In this document: piece after piece, positions 37,302 through 50,620 of the stretch
Layout: each line of letters opens with the position of its first letter
Position numbering within the stretch: the stretch's first letter is position 1
Origin: Octopus sinensis
Taxonomy: Eukaryota
Direction: 5' to 3'
Length of the DNA: 64,000 bases
Assembly (NCBI RefSeq): GCF_006345805.1
Contig: NC_042998.1
Location: forward strand, 173,042,001-173,106,000
Made by a program: the position numbers and the translations under genes
Notes under the pieces: model-generated
Told to the model about the DNA's origin: nothing
Seen by the model: the letters and a program-made list of their open reading frames with translations, nothing else
The model's database searches: none

Positions 37302-37990
37302 CAAAATGTATATATCTAAAATAAAAGAAGGAAATCGCTCACACTTACATAGTTTTAATATATTGTGTTTTTCGACCGGTTTCGCTTTTGCTTATCATGA
37401 CATTGAAATTATTGTAATTTCGTATTTTCTGAAAAAGGTTTGTCTATGTTGAGTGTGGAGAAGTTTGTGGATGAATGATTCAATAAGTAGAAAGATCACA
37501 CGCACGCACGCACGCACACACGTGCGCGCGGTCGCACTTATATACACATACATACACGAACGTGTAGGCGAACATATATATATGAGTATATATACACACA
37601 TATATACTCATATACATGTACATATACAAAGGAGAGGAAGATAAGTTTTCCTTCCTTCTATCCTCTTCTTTTCCCATTCATATACATCTACATACAAGAC
37701 CTACATACTTCAAGCCTGATTATAATTTCCTATTGCTACATCTATCCCAGAAGAACAACTTGCCAAAAACTATATAGAGTAAAAAATGACCCAATTATGG
37801 TATTGACTTAATTTGAAAATCACTCTCATCCTTATTTTCTGTTGAAGTTAAATTAACATGTACTCTTCTAAAAATGTTTATTAATTGTTCAGTTTACTGA
37901 GTAATGTTTCAGTTTAATGCTAAATAATTTTCAAATATAAAGTTGCATAAAAACAAAAAGTAATATAAATGTATGTATATATGCATACAT

Positions 37991-38036
<46 letters not shown>

Positions 38037-38082
38037 ACATACATACATACATATACACACACGTACACACACACTCACACAC

Positions 38083-38133
<51 letters not shown>

Positions 38134-40707
38134 CTTACATTATGCTGCATCTGCATGGACACCACCGGATGATTAAAACCAGTTGTAGGAAATTAGAATA
38201 TATTCATGGAAAGGACAAGAATAACGAATTATATATCATTTTCTATTTTATTTCCTTCTGTCAACAGAAAATAGTCTTCTTCCGGTACGATTATTCCAAT
38301 AATTTGATGATAATTACACTACGTCGTTTGTGAATAGTTTTGAAATATGAGAGAAATCAAACATAGTGCCTTAAGAGATCTAAATTTACAATTTTAATAT
38401 GGGAAAAGTTTACATAAATATGTTTGAGAATAGAGGAAATACTACAATGAACAATTAGAACTTTATTATTCACTATTAATTAAAAAATTAGGTGAGTATA
38501 ATATTATGGAAATCTACATTCATATTTTCATCTTTCTCAATGTGAACTGATATTTTGTTACGAAAAACGAATTTTATTAAAATTTGTCTGGAGAGAAGAG
38601 ATAAGGTAATTTTATGATTCGTTGGATCAGGAAGTGCCTTGCATTAAGACAAACTTAATGAGAGTGGTTCAATGTAGTAGAAACAGCATTAAGTGAATGT
38701 CTCTTAGTTAATGATTCATTTGATTTCCACACGGGATTTAACGGATAATGGCATCGAAATAAAACATAAAGGAAAGAAACGAAGTGAAATTGCTACACGT
38801 GCTTTCAAACAAGTTGTTATAAACAATAGCAAAAGATTTCACATCCGAATTAACAAGGAGCCACAGGGCTGCATAATAACAATAGCATCAGCAGCTACAT
38901 AAATGCACAAACAGCTCAAGCATGTATTGAGCTCATATGGACTTTAATTCTTGAGAGGTGAAAGAAATGATAAACAATACTGAACTGTATTTACTTTGGT
39001 TTCTCACTATTCTGAGTTGCAGCCTGCCGGTGTTTAGGCTGCTTTTTCTTCTTAGTATCAGACCCAAATATGTGACAATTCCCTTAAAACCTCCGGCAAA
39101 AATGTCTACAGAACTTTATTACAACATGATTCTTTTATGTGGAAAATAATGCATTAAAACAGAATGCAAATATCTTGTGGAAATATTTATTCTTCTTCGT
39201 AACCGCTACATTTCTAATAATAATAATAATTTCTAATAATAAAGTTCTATAGACATTTCTATTGCTGCAGCGATGCTCCTTCAAGAACAGTTTTTATACT
39301 GTCATGGATCAAAATGAACTCTTACGCGTTTATGGTGCAGCAGTTTTGAGTAGCTAGACATTTTCGCCGGCAGTCATAGTGAGGTTAATTTCATTCTCTT
39401 TGCGGATACATACTGCTCGTTCCTACGCTTTGCCAAGTGATGTGAATATGCCTTACTGAAGAGATCTAATAATGCCGTAACATGTCTGTTGCATTCATCA
39501 GTTAGAATTGAAGAGAAAATTCACTCCCGTCTGCGCCGTCTGATATTTGCAGATATTTAAGTTCACTTCTTCTATGAGTATTATTTCCCTTCTTTGTTTT
39601 ACATCTCAGTCCAACCTATAGTGAGTCTGTGTGTACAAACTGAAAAAAGGATCCCAATTAAATTATTTTTTTTAATTCTCCGTATTACATATGTAAGCCC
39701 CTAACTTACTTGCTTTAAAGAGACAAGGCATTCCTCTGATGTACTATTCCGTTGACGGAATTTATCTGCTGCTTTCTTGACTTTAAATACTCAATAGCAT
39801 TAAATACCCAATACATTGCAATCTGTATTTTGATCTATTTTTTTTTATTTTTATAAAACTCATTTTAACTGAGTTTATTGGTGTTACTTTCCTTTGCTGA
39901 TTGTTCTAAACGTCCTCAATCAATGCTTTCTAATTCACTTCCTCATATATGTGGAATCATATTAGTAACTTTGCACATAGGCAAACGCATATACAAATTG
40001 GTACACAATAGCGTTGTGTATACACACATTCAGACCCATGAATATGAATACGATTTACGTATATAACAGAACAATGCATAGCTGAACCAAGAGACTATTT
40101 CATCGCCTACGTTTTCTTTTTTATAAAAGCTATCATGAAAAAATCTTCGATAATGAATCACAGTTGAATATGACAAAGAATTTTAAAGCAGACTCAGAGC
40201 AATCTTTGAGCAGTTCTAACATCATCATATTTTGAAATAAGTGCTTGCTTCAGCTGCAAACCTACTACTTATTACAATATTTATGTACTTGAGACAGGTG
40301 ATTGCTACGCGCTACTGTTGGCAAATTTTCATATGTTTTGTTATTGCAGAACTTGTTTTCCTTCTCATTGAAGTATTCATTTGAACACGTATGGACACTC
40401 AATTAAAACAAACAAATCAAAAGAAAAAAGGGAATTCCAATTAGGAGAATACAATCACGCACACACATACACATAGACACACACACACACACAAACACAT
40501 CGAAATAATTAGTGTGTTTTATAATACTGTTTTTTTTTTGTTTCTTTCGTTTAATTGATCGACTTTGTGTAAATAAATTTTAAACTAGTTCTATTATGTA
40601 CTGTCTATTGTTTATCAACTCTTTTCAGGTTTTTGTTGAAACTGTTGACCTTAATTCACACATAGTTTAAAGCTCCCACTTTTACGTCCACTGTATTTTC
40701 TCCATGC

Positions 40708-40738
<31 letters not shown>

Positions 40739-40974
40739 CTGCTACTGCTACACAACATGCTTAAAAGAATGTTCTCTGGGTGGGCGAAAAACCCATTTCT
40801 TTCGATGACAATATCAATAATACTTTGATATTGATTTGGAAAATATTTTGAAAGCTTAATCGTTTGAAATAAATGCAGAGATCCAAAGTTGCATGATGCT
40901 GTGCCTTTAATTTGAAACCAAACTCTTACATCACAAATGTTGCCAAAGCGACAATCCCATCAGAAGGACACATT

Positions 40975-41700
40975 TTTGTAACATATTATAGTAAGAGTCT
41001 AATGGTAGTTATTAGCTGTCTGGTATGAGAGACTGATCCAGATTTTCTGTGAGCAACGTCGTCATTTATTATACAAGAGCGTACTCCCTCAAAAAGCATA
41101 AGTAATAGGTTTTGATCATTGCTCAAGTCTAGGTTTTGGCTTTGTGACAAAAGCTGTCACCTAATAGGAACAAATTTGACAGCTGGATGATTTTCGCACT
41201 CTTTAATTTCCTTTCCAATCGTTCCTGAGTTGCTCGATGACCCTGATGTTGATCCATCAATACATATGAATAAATTCCTCAACGATAATTCATTTGTGTG
41301 AAGGAAACAGATTAGCCATTGGAATGGACGCTCAGTACTTTCTTCTAGCGATCGAATGCCACCATTATGGATTCCGACATTCACATTCGTCTCATCACAG
41401 CCAAACACAGTTAAATCATCGAAAGCAACATCTTTTTCACTAAAGAATGATAATATCGTTCATGCAACAGCTGATGACTGATCACAACCAGGGGTAATAT
41501 GGCCAATATAGAGTGAATTGGGTTCTTCAATCAAAACAATATTTTCTTCAGAATCTATCTGCGGATAGAATTTGGTTCCTATTTTAATTGAATCCTTGTT
41601 TGGTTTTTCTTCCGCCAGAGTAGAGTGCTCCTAAGTTTTGAACATCACTCTCTCTCTTGCAAGAATACTTCGCTATTTGATTCTTTTTCTTCTTATTTAG
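40975..41700 (-). pseudogene. Degenerate DDE transposase of the hAT-related CxxH group
   Basis: LYSGGRK, EENIVLIEEPNSLYIGHITP, FGCDETNVNVG, PFQWLICFLHTNELSLRNLF, DLSNDQ, SHTRQLITTIRLL. Confidence 0.75.
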
Positions 41701-41794
41701 AACGGTCTATTACGTGAATGTTATCTTTTTTTGTTGCTATCTTTAAATCTGTCAGTAGGGCAGAAGCGACAGCAAAATTTCGGAAAAGTGAACA

Positions 41795-42730
41795 TTAGAC
41801 GTGGAATAACCAAGGTGATAGCTTATCTCCACTTCTATTCGTATTAGCCATAACACCGCTCACTATAATACTACGGAAAGTTAAAGTTGCTTACGATCTG
41901 AGAAAAAGAAATGGTCAGATAAATCATCTCCATTTCATGGATGATATAAAGGTTGATGCGAAAAATGAGAAACGGTTTGAAAGCCTGGTACATATTATAA
42001 GCATTTTCTCAAATGATGTAGGTATGGAATTTGGGATAGAAAAGTATGGTATATTGAAAATGAAACGAGGAAAGTTTGAAAGAAGCAAGGGAAATGAAAT
42101 GACAAATGAGCAAACAATGAGAATGGTTGAGAAAGGACAGTGGTATAAGTACTTGGGAATAATGGAAAAGGACGAGATAAACAATGAAGAAGTGAAACAA
42201 ACTACCAGTAGAGAATACACAAGGAGAGACGGAAAACTATTTCAGTCAAAACTGAATTCCAAAGCTCTCATTGAAGTAATGAATTCAAAAGCAGTACCCT
42301 TAATCAGACATGGAATTGGAATTATAGGCCGGGCCAGAAACGATATAAAGAAACTTGACAGAAAAAAATAAGAAAGATGGAATCCACCATCCGAAAGCTG
42401 ATATCAACCAGCTGTACTTGAGGAGAGACCAGGGTGGAAGAGGGTTGCTAGCAGTAGAATATTGTATGCAGGTGAAAAAAGAAGTCTAGTAGAGTATTTA
42501 CAGAGCAGCACTGAAAAACTACTAAAGGCAGCTAATAAAGTACAAGTGATGGAACGCGTCATAGGAGAGAAAAGGACAAGAATGAAATACAAAGAGTGCA
42601 CGTCAAACAGATTGAAGAGATCCACTGAAGACGTATGCGGGACAAAATCGTAGGCTTAGTGACAAAAGGGGCAATTGACGAAAGAAACAGAGAGCCTAAT
42701 TATAGCAGCCCTAGATCAAGCGATAAAAAC
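41795..42730 (+). mobile_element. R4/Dong-clade LINE RT fragment
   Basis: QGDSLSPLLFVLA, INHLHFMDDIK, DVGMEFGIEK, YKYLGI, HPKADINQLYL..GGRGL. Confidence 0.88.
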
Positions 42731-42736
42731 TTGAGA

Positions 42737-42803
<67 letters not shown>

Positions 42804-42901
42804 AAAAATAGGATAAAATCTTCAGAAATTATCAGGTAGTTAGCGTGAAAAACCTCATAAGAGAAAAAATCTGTAAATTTTTTCACTTGAAAGTATTTAT
42901 T

Positions 42902-43310
42902 TATATTATATAGAGGGCATTATTACACATAAATGCCACACGCTAGGAGGGACTTTTAAAGTCATAACTACCAAAAATAAACAAATCGCACCGAATGCAG
43001 CTCTCGAAGCAAGACATTTAAAAACAGAATTTAGTTCCAGATCACCTGTGATTTCGCAATTAACGTATTATCTACGTATTATCTACGTCTCTTGCTCTTC
43101 ATTGAAACGAATTCAAAATATATCATGAATGAACAAAAACAACATACCAGGCGGAACCAGACATTGCGAAATGACAGGTGATTTGGAACTAAATCCTGTT
43201 TTTAAATGTCTTGCTTCGAGAGCTGCATTCGGTACGATTTGTTTATTTTTTGTAGTTATGACTTTAAAAGTCCCTCCTAGCGTGTGGCATTTATATGTAA
43301 TAATGCCCTC

Positions 43311-43321
<11 letters not shown>
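42902..43321. repeat. Inverted repeat, ~159-bp arms (42902-43060/43163-43321), 102-bp spacer
   Basis: Arms are near reverse complements with a few mismatches; (TA)n nearby on both sides. Confidence 0.9.
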
Positions 43322-43375
<54 letters not shown>

Positions 43376-43378
<3 letters not shown>

Positions 43379-44475
43379 TGAGAAAGTTGGTGTGTGAAAG
43401 CACGTGGTTGAATATATAGAAAATAGTAAAAAGTGAAAAAACTACAGAAGGCTTGTTTTAAAAGGTTAAAAAATATATTGAGTCTTTATGTCAGAAGAAT
43501 GTTATAAAATTTTTTCATACAGTGACATATTTTTTGAAGAAATTATCGGTTTCGTGTTAACTTTTCAAATTTCTCAAAACATCGTGTTATGTCTTCGTTA
43601 TGAAGTGTAAAGAAGAGTTCTAGGTAAGGGGAGGTAATAAGTGATTTCTTCCGGTGTAAGGGAGATAATCGCTTTATATTTCTTGTCTCTTTTATTTAAT
43701 GGGGTGAGTTTCTCTGTATAAGAATTTTAGAGTGGTTCAGTTTGGGCTTATATTTTTGAATGAAAAATGTTTCCTTGTTTAGTCTAATTTGTGTTGGTGT
43801 TCCAATAGCACATTGATAAAATGGAAAGATTAAAAATTGTGGTAGTAGTTGCTTTGCGCATTTCTCAATATGCTCACTAAAGGGTATCATTCTGTATTCT
43901 GGGAATGCAATCTGTTGTTGATGCAGTGTGCATCTACGTCTGAGTGATAGTCCCGTGGACCCCACGTAGTTTTGGTTGCAGCCCGAGCATCTTATGACAT
44001 AAATTATGTTTTCAGAAGCACAAGTAAAATTAGATTTGATCTTGAATTTTTGTCCCTCTTTAAAGAGGAATTCTGATCCTTCTAGAAGGTTTGGGCATGT
44101 TGCGCAGTTTGGTCTACCACATTTTTTAACTTTTGCATCCGTAATTTCAGAAAACAGTTTTGCCTTTGTGAGAATCTTTTTAAGTGATTTAGGTTGTTTG
44201 TAGCTTTTAATGATTTTATGTATGTTTAGAATTTCCTTTAATTTGGGGTCCTTATGAAGTATTGGTAAATTCTGGGTGATGATGGAGAAGGCGTCTTTGT
44301 TTCTGGGGTTGTATGTGGATATGTAAGGCAGTATTTTCGGGGAAGGTGTGTTGTTGTGTTGAACTTTTCTCAAAGTTTCTATGTCAATTTCTGTTGCAGG
44401 TCTGATCCCATCCTCTATGAGTTGAGCTGGGTAGTGTCTGTCAATTAGGGTGTTTTTGAGCTCTTGTAGTCTAAA
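43376..44475 (-). mobile_element. Penelope-like element 3' part: open RT-EN linker, GIY-YIG endonuclease and 3' UTR
   Basis: ORF 43696-44715: KCGRPNCATC, NIIYVIRCSGCNQNYVGST, RRRCTLHQQQI, FIQKYKPKLN. The first ~76 aa of that ORF come from unrelated upstream sequence. Confidence 0.95.
43539..43573 (-). ncRNA. Minimal hammerhead-like motif, U3-A8 core, different family
   Basis: gaaat TTGAAAA gt taac ac GAAAC cg ATA atttc; 5-bp stem I; lies ~125 nt 3' of the GIY-YIG stop on the sense strand. Confidence 0.6.
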
Positions 44476-45338
44476 GTTCCATGAACCAAAATTACTGGAC
44501 CCCATCGAACACAAGACAAACGCAAAAAAAAACACTAAGTCAAGCAACATCCCACATAGAAGCAATTCGAAACAAAAATATATCACATACAGAAATTTTA
44601 CACACACCACAAACGAAAACAACCATAGATTCCCACACACACACAACAATCGGAGGCAACAATAACACCGTTCACCCGAACCAATATCACACAACCTCAC
44701 AGACAACTCATACAAACAAGTGTTTGTCGTTTCTCACTTTCGGATATCACGGTGACTTCCTCGATCTCTCTCTTTCCTTCCTTCCCTCCACTTTTCATCA
44801 ATATCTATAAAGCTGAAATGCGAAAAATTTGTTTGTTTCATTTTGGGAGTTTACTCCTCCCCGCAGGTGCCGCCGGAGTTCAGGTGGTTCAATCTCCAAC
44901 ACTTTTGGGGGTCCCTTTAGGAACCCCATTAAAGGCCCATTCGTGGCTTTTACCTTAGGAGTTCCCACAGACCTAAGGAAGCTCTCCCTAAAAGTTTTAT
45001 ATGTTCCCAGAGGCATTTGAACTGTGAAAGCGCCAAATATATCACGCCATCTCAAGATGACTTTCCTTCGTGGTATGAGGTTTATCAAGGTTTTGTTGGC
45101 CCTCCTCTTTAGCACGAAATTATGTGTTTATATGTTTTATTTTTGCTGTTGAAAGGAGTTGTCTTTCCGTGGTTTCTTGCAGTTGTGATAATGTTGGTAG
45201 ATCTCTTTGAGATTGCGATAAATGTGTCGAGTGATGCAGTAGGGGTTTATGTTGTTGTAGGTATGGATGAGGCCGTTGTTGGCATAGTTCTGTTTTTGGT
45301 ATGTGTGTGTATGCGTGTGTATGTGTATATGTGTGTGT

Positions 45339-45374
<36 letters not shown>

Positions 45375-45749
45375 TGGTGTGGAGCCTTGTGTTTTATTTT
45401 GGGGCTCTTTGGTGTTTGACTTCACTCTTGTTTTCACTGCGTGATGCAAGAGTATTCGTATCTGTGGAATCAAGGTGCTAGTCTATGTGTGAATTTGCGT
45501 TTAGAGGAGGGAGAGAGGGAGGGAGAGAGAAAGAGAGACATAGAGAGAGGATGAGAGAGACCCTAGGTGTCATGTTTGTCCGTTACTATCATTCTTTCCG
45601 CTCTGAAAGGTGGTGATGTATCTGCTGCTAGTGTTCTTGGTATTGTTGGTGTTGCTGTTATTATTGGTTTTGCTGTTGTTGTTGTTGTGTTGTTGTTGTT
45701 GTTAAGCAACAAGACGGGTAAGGGTGACTAGGTGATGGTCTAGGGCTTA

Positions 45750-46570
45750 GGGGCGCGAGACCCCAGACCTTGGAAAAAAAACTTTGGTCGTCTTGTTGTA
45801 GTCGAGGGCTCTTCGTTGACGCCCGACACCACTGGGAAGTGGCCCTCGAAGTCGCTGGAAATGGAGATCTCCAGGTCCAAATTCTTGAACGGCTGCTGTT
45901 GCTACTGTTTTTGCTGCTGCTGCTGCTGCTGCTGCTGTTGTTGTTGATGTTCTATTGCTGTTCTTATTGTTGCTGATACTATTGTTGCAGACGCTTTTGT
46001 TGTTGATCGTTGCTGGTTTATTGACTGGGGCTTTTGGGGGTATTGGCAGCAAGACGGTCCTATGGTTCCCTGTCTTCTTTTGGGTGACACAATGCTCTCA
46101 AGTGGCTTGTCACTCTACAGAAGTGGAACAGTGGCTTCCTACTAACAATCGTAGCATGCAGTTCTTCTGCTCCTGGGAAGTGAATGGGATCTGATATCTT
46201 GTCGATCGTGTCTGGCCTAATGTAGTGTAGCACCTCGTGTCTGGCCTAATGTAGTGTAGCACCTCCACACTTATCTCAGACCAATGTTTCACGACGATTC
46301 ACCTAGAGGTGGTTGTTACTCCTTTTCAAATCGATACACTCTAAATTTACTTGGGGTGGAATTACTGAGGTATTTATCTTCACTAAAACGACTGCAAATT
46401 TCTTGGCTCTCGATGTATGCAGAATATCGAGCATTACTAGCCGTCCGTGGCCGCTTTGTGTTTATAGACTCTTTATTTCTTTCGTGATAGTTGGCAATAT
46501 CCGCCCGCGCCCTTTCCAGCTTTATGACTAAGGCTGATTGGGCAAGATATGTATCCATCTGTAGGGTGCC
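45750..46570 (-). mobile_element. Degenerate non-LTR (L1/Tx1-like) ORF1 with a CCHC knuckle relic and Q/T-rich tail
   Basis: EVLHYIRPDTIDKISDPIHFPGAEELHATIVSRKPL(F)HFCRVTSHLRALC fits Cx2Cx4Hx4C with the first C mutated; frame broken by a 29-bp tandem duplication. Confidence 0.5.
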
Positions 46571-47674
46571 CATCCTGTACAGCTGTGATTTTCACATTCT
46601 TATTGATGTTGCCGTTGTTACTCACATTGAAAATACTGTTGTCGTTTAAGTTGTCGGGGCTACTGTTGTTTTCGTTTTATCCTCTATCTTAATTCTTGTA
46701 GGTGCAGTCATGGTGGTGGTGGTGGTGGAGTCGCTAGCAACTGTGCTCGTCAGTTTATTGTTGTTGCTTTTGGTTGGTGTCTTTTGGATTGTCTCATTTT
46801 TTTGCGGTGAAGTCAGTTTTATAATTGAACTAGCTATTTTGGCCTGTGCTTCGCTCGGGTTTTGGTGGTGGTGTTGTTTCGTGCGTGTTGTCTCCTTTCC
46901 CCTTTCTTCTTTTTTTCCTCTTCTTTGCCTGGTTCTTTTTATTGCCCTCTTCTTTACTCACTTTCCCAAATCCCCCAAATGTTTACACCCACAATTAAAG
47001 ATAACCGCCTCTAGCCCCTGCAGCAACACGAAAAGCCATTACTCAAACAGCGCAACCTGTCTATCCAATAAAACTTAATTTTTCCCATATTCCTCACACT
47101 GGTAACCAAAAGGTAGCCCCGAGCGACTTACAACCCTCCTCACACCATTGCACCCCTCCAGTGTGAATTTCGGTGCCAATCCGACCCCATCTACCGCCCC
47201 TAAAACCGTTCCCATCCCAAAATGAGGCAAATAACCAAGAAATCAAACAACTTTTTCGCATTTCAGCTTTATAGATATTGATTGAAATTCCCTTGCTGCT
47301 TTGACGCTGCTGTTAGTGTGATCGACTGCTCATCTCACCTTCTATTTGAGGGTAAAAGGTGAACCTGTGTAAGGTGTCTTGCAACTCTCTATCTCAGCTA
47401 TCTCTTCTTCTTCCACGTCTTTTAACAAAGCTGGAGTCGACATGACAAAATATTTTTTGAAAAAACAAAACGAAAAGTCTCTTTTCGAAATTGCACCCCT
47501 AAAGTGGCACAAAGAAACAGTCAAACCAATCCAATGCAATGTTGATGGTTTTAGCAAGAGTTTTGTAACCAAATAAGGTTAACTTTTGGAGACACAAATT
47601 AAAGGTTAACCTTACGAGCAAGAAGACACATGTACACAGTACGAATAATAATAATAATTTATTTTTTTATTTTT

Positions 47675-47722
47675 TATTTATCTAGTTTCAGCTCACAAGC
47701 TGTGGCCAGGCTGGGGCACCGC

Positions 47723-47727
<5 letters not shown>
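47675..47727 (-). mobile_element. Extremely 5'-truncated CR1-tail retrocopy
   Basis: aatggcggtgccccagcctggccacagcttgtgagctgaaactaga followed by an A-rich tail. Confidence 0.7.
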
Positions 47728-47784
<57 letters not shown>

Positions 47785-47789
47785 TCAAG

Positions 47790-48125
47790 ATAATTTCATC
47801 GGAGTAGGGATGTAAAAGGATTATAAATGAAAGGGTGAAGGAAGTGTGAAAGAAGAGACTAGGGAAGCTTTGTAGTTAAACAATGCTACTGAACCATTGT
47901 TGTTAGAAGTCAAAAAGTCAAATCAGAGGGAAATTGGAGATTACAAAGAAACGTCTAAAAATAAGAAGGAGAAGCGAACGGAAACCGAAAGAAGATGGAA
48001 AGAAAAGGAGATATATGGGCAATTTTACAGGGATACAGAAGCAAAACAGTTTTAGAGAAGAGGTGGTTAAGGATGTGGAAAGTGCTCTAAAACCAGAAAC
48101 AGAAGCTTTAATTTGTGAAGATTTA
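47790..48125 (+). mobile_element. R4/Dong-clade LINE fragment downstream of (AAT)n
   Basis: WKEKEIYGQFYRDTE and LKPETEALIC resemble the R4/Dong post-RT region; adjacent (AAT)n at ~47727-47783. Confidence 0.65.
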
Positions 48126-48940
48126 ATTTGTTCAGCACACTTAGATATATGTTCGAATACCGTATCGTTGTTATTTCTTAGACTTTTATTTCGCGATCTC
48201 TTAGGTTATCGCATTATTTTTGTCATTTGCGCTAAGTCCACACATTTTATGCGGTATTATCTTGTTTGGTGCTGTATATGTTCTACACGTGTTGCGTAGT
48301 TGGTGCTTTTTCATTGTATGAATCTCAGAGTAATGTCAATGTGAAATAATAACTGTCTATCATCACATAAAGATATACCGACGAACAAACACATACACAT
48401 ACATACAAAGACAAGCACAACGACACATACACATCTAACTGAATTATCTGAAAAAGTAAACTTTCATTTATTACACACATACACACAAGCATACACACAC
48501 ACACACATATATATAAATATATATATATGCGGTGTTTCTATAAAAATCTATTTATTTATCATTTCTTTACTTTGATAATGTGTTATTTAAACATTTTTAT
48601 TGATTGACGTTTTAAAATATAGAAGGTTATGGTGTTTTATAGAAATGATTTCCCATTGGCATGAGATATTTTAAAACCAACATTACTTCCTACACACATA
48701 TCACAAATGCTTTGAAATTTTGAATTTTGATCACCATACTTATTAAAATAATATTTATATTCGTTTTGTTGTGGCCTAATTTTGTTTGAAACTGTTAACT
48801 TTACTATTTGTGGAATCTTAATGATTCGTATTCAGAATGGATTTAAAGACAAATTATTTTAAGAAATCTCATCATATAATACTATCTGCATGTCATTCTT
48901 GTTAATATTTCAAAGCAAAACAATGTAACGAATATCCTCA

Positions 48941-48971
<31 letters not shown>

Positions 48972-49091
48972 TGTGTGTGCCTGTCTATTTGTGTGTATGC
49001 GTGTGTGCGCGTGCGTGCGCGTTGTGTATATACATATATGTTTGTATTAGTATACATGTGTGTATATACATATATCATAATGCATACATGC

Positions 49092-49142
<51 letters not shown>

Positions 49143-50169
49143 TCTATGCATTATGATATATGTATATTACGCATAGATATAGAAATTTATATAGGCCGAT
49201 TTGAAAGCAAATTGCATAACATTTAGTCTGCATTTAGAGCTCCATGTTCATTCATATATATTGATAAAGGAAGCTGTGAAGAGAGCCGGTAATGCAATAC
49301 AACTTTTGCTACTTCCTATAGACGGGAAACTTTGTTAATAAATTGATTAGTTAGGTTATTTCATATGGGTTTCATTAATAATAATATCCGTTATATAAGA
49401 AAAGCCCTTACAGATAGATGATATCACCAAATTTCAGACATTGCATAACAAAGGTAAATTACAGAGGTATAATGGATATTGAACAGTGTTATGTCATCAA
49501 CGACCTAAATGACAGTATTAAAAATGGGTCAAAAAATTTAGATAAACGTCGAGTGAAAAGGGTATGTTATAAACTTGGGAGTTAATTACGGTTGTTACAT
49601 CCCTAAATATTCAGTAATATAATCTGTTTATGAATTTTTTCACATATTCTGCATATCGTCGTTAATAAAGTAAATATAACATGACGTAACTAAATAAATT
49701 ATTAACAAACTCTGGTTTTGAGTGTGTGCGACTGTTTGAGTGATTGCATGTATGTATATGTATGTATGTATGTATGATGTATGTATGTATGTATGTATGT
49801 ATGTATGTATGTATGTGTGTGTGTGTATGTATGTATGTATTAATGTATGTGTGTGTATGTATGTGTGTGTATACCTATACACACACGTATATATCTAATT
49901 GGGAATAATTTTTCCCAGCGGTTTATAATTAAAGAAAACAACGCTAAATTCGAGTAGAATAAATTTAATTTATTGCTTTCCTTACTCTTTGGCCAGATTC
50001 GTAGGAGGAAACTAGTTGAATTCAGAATGTAGAAATTATCCGTAATATGAAATTGGTGGGAGAGATCAAGCTCTTCCAAAGTGTTGTGCAAAAGTAGAAG
50101 GAAACAGAGAAGAGCATGATTTTCGAAAATATATAGTAAAAGAAAGTTTCAATGAAGACTGTGAACGAG

Positions 50170-50620
50170 GGATCAGATTTCAATCCTTCAATCACCCCTA
50201 TCTACGCCGTATCCTTCATGTCCGATAGCATCACTTTTTTTCCAACAATTCGGTGCGACACCAGTGCAAAATCACTTCCCTCCGACAAGTCATCCTAAGG
50301 AGACGTCTGCATTGGCTGGGTCATGCCCTCCGTCGTCAACCATGAGAATTCATCTACGAAGCAATTGCCCCAGCTTCCCTTCAGGGTTGGTGAAAGTGAT
50401 GTGGTGGACAACGAAAAACCTGTCTGATGACAGTCAAGGCTGATCTGGATACTCTCGTATCTACGGCGTTCGCCGCTGAAATGAGGAGTGGTTGAAGATC
50501 ACGCGGTCGTTAGCCTCAAATCGCCAGGTCTGGTCGGCGTTTGTAGAGATGCAGCATTGAGGATGAATGAAGTTAGCTCAACCCACCCCGAGTGAATGCT
50601 GTCTCAAGACAAGAAGATTA
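50170..50620 (+). mobile_element. RTE-group LINE 3' end
   Basis: YLRRILHVR, RRRLHWLGHALRR, GGQRKT..TVKADL, YGVRR, ASNRQVWS. Confidence 0.8.

Noticed and set aside
43696-44715. 339-aa ORF as a complete gene or novel fusion protein
   Set aside because: The N-terminal ~76 aa derive from GT-rich unrelated flank that is in frame by chance; the rest is a 5'-truncated PLE.
44798-45115. 105-aa GC-richer ORF
   Set aside because: No recognisable motif in any frame; treated as part of an unclassified repeat.
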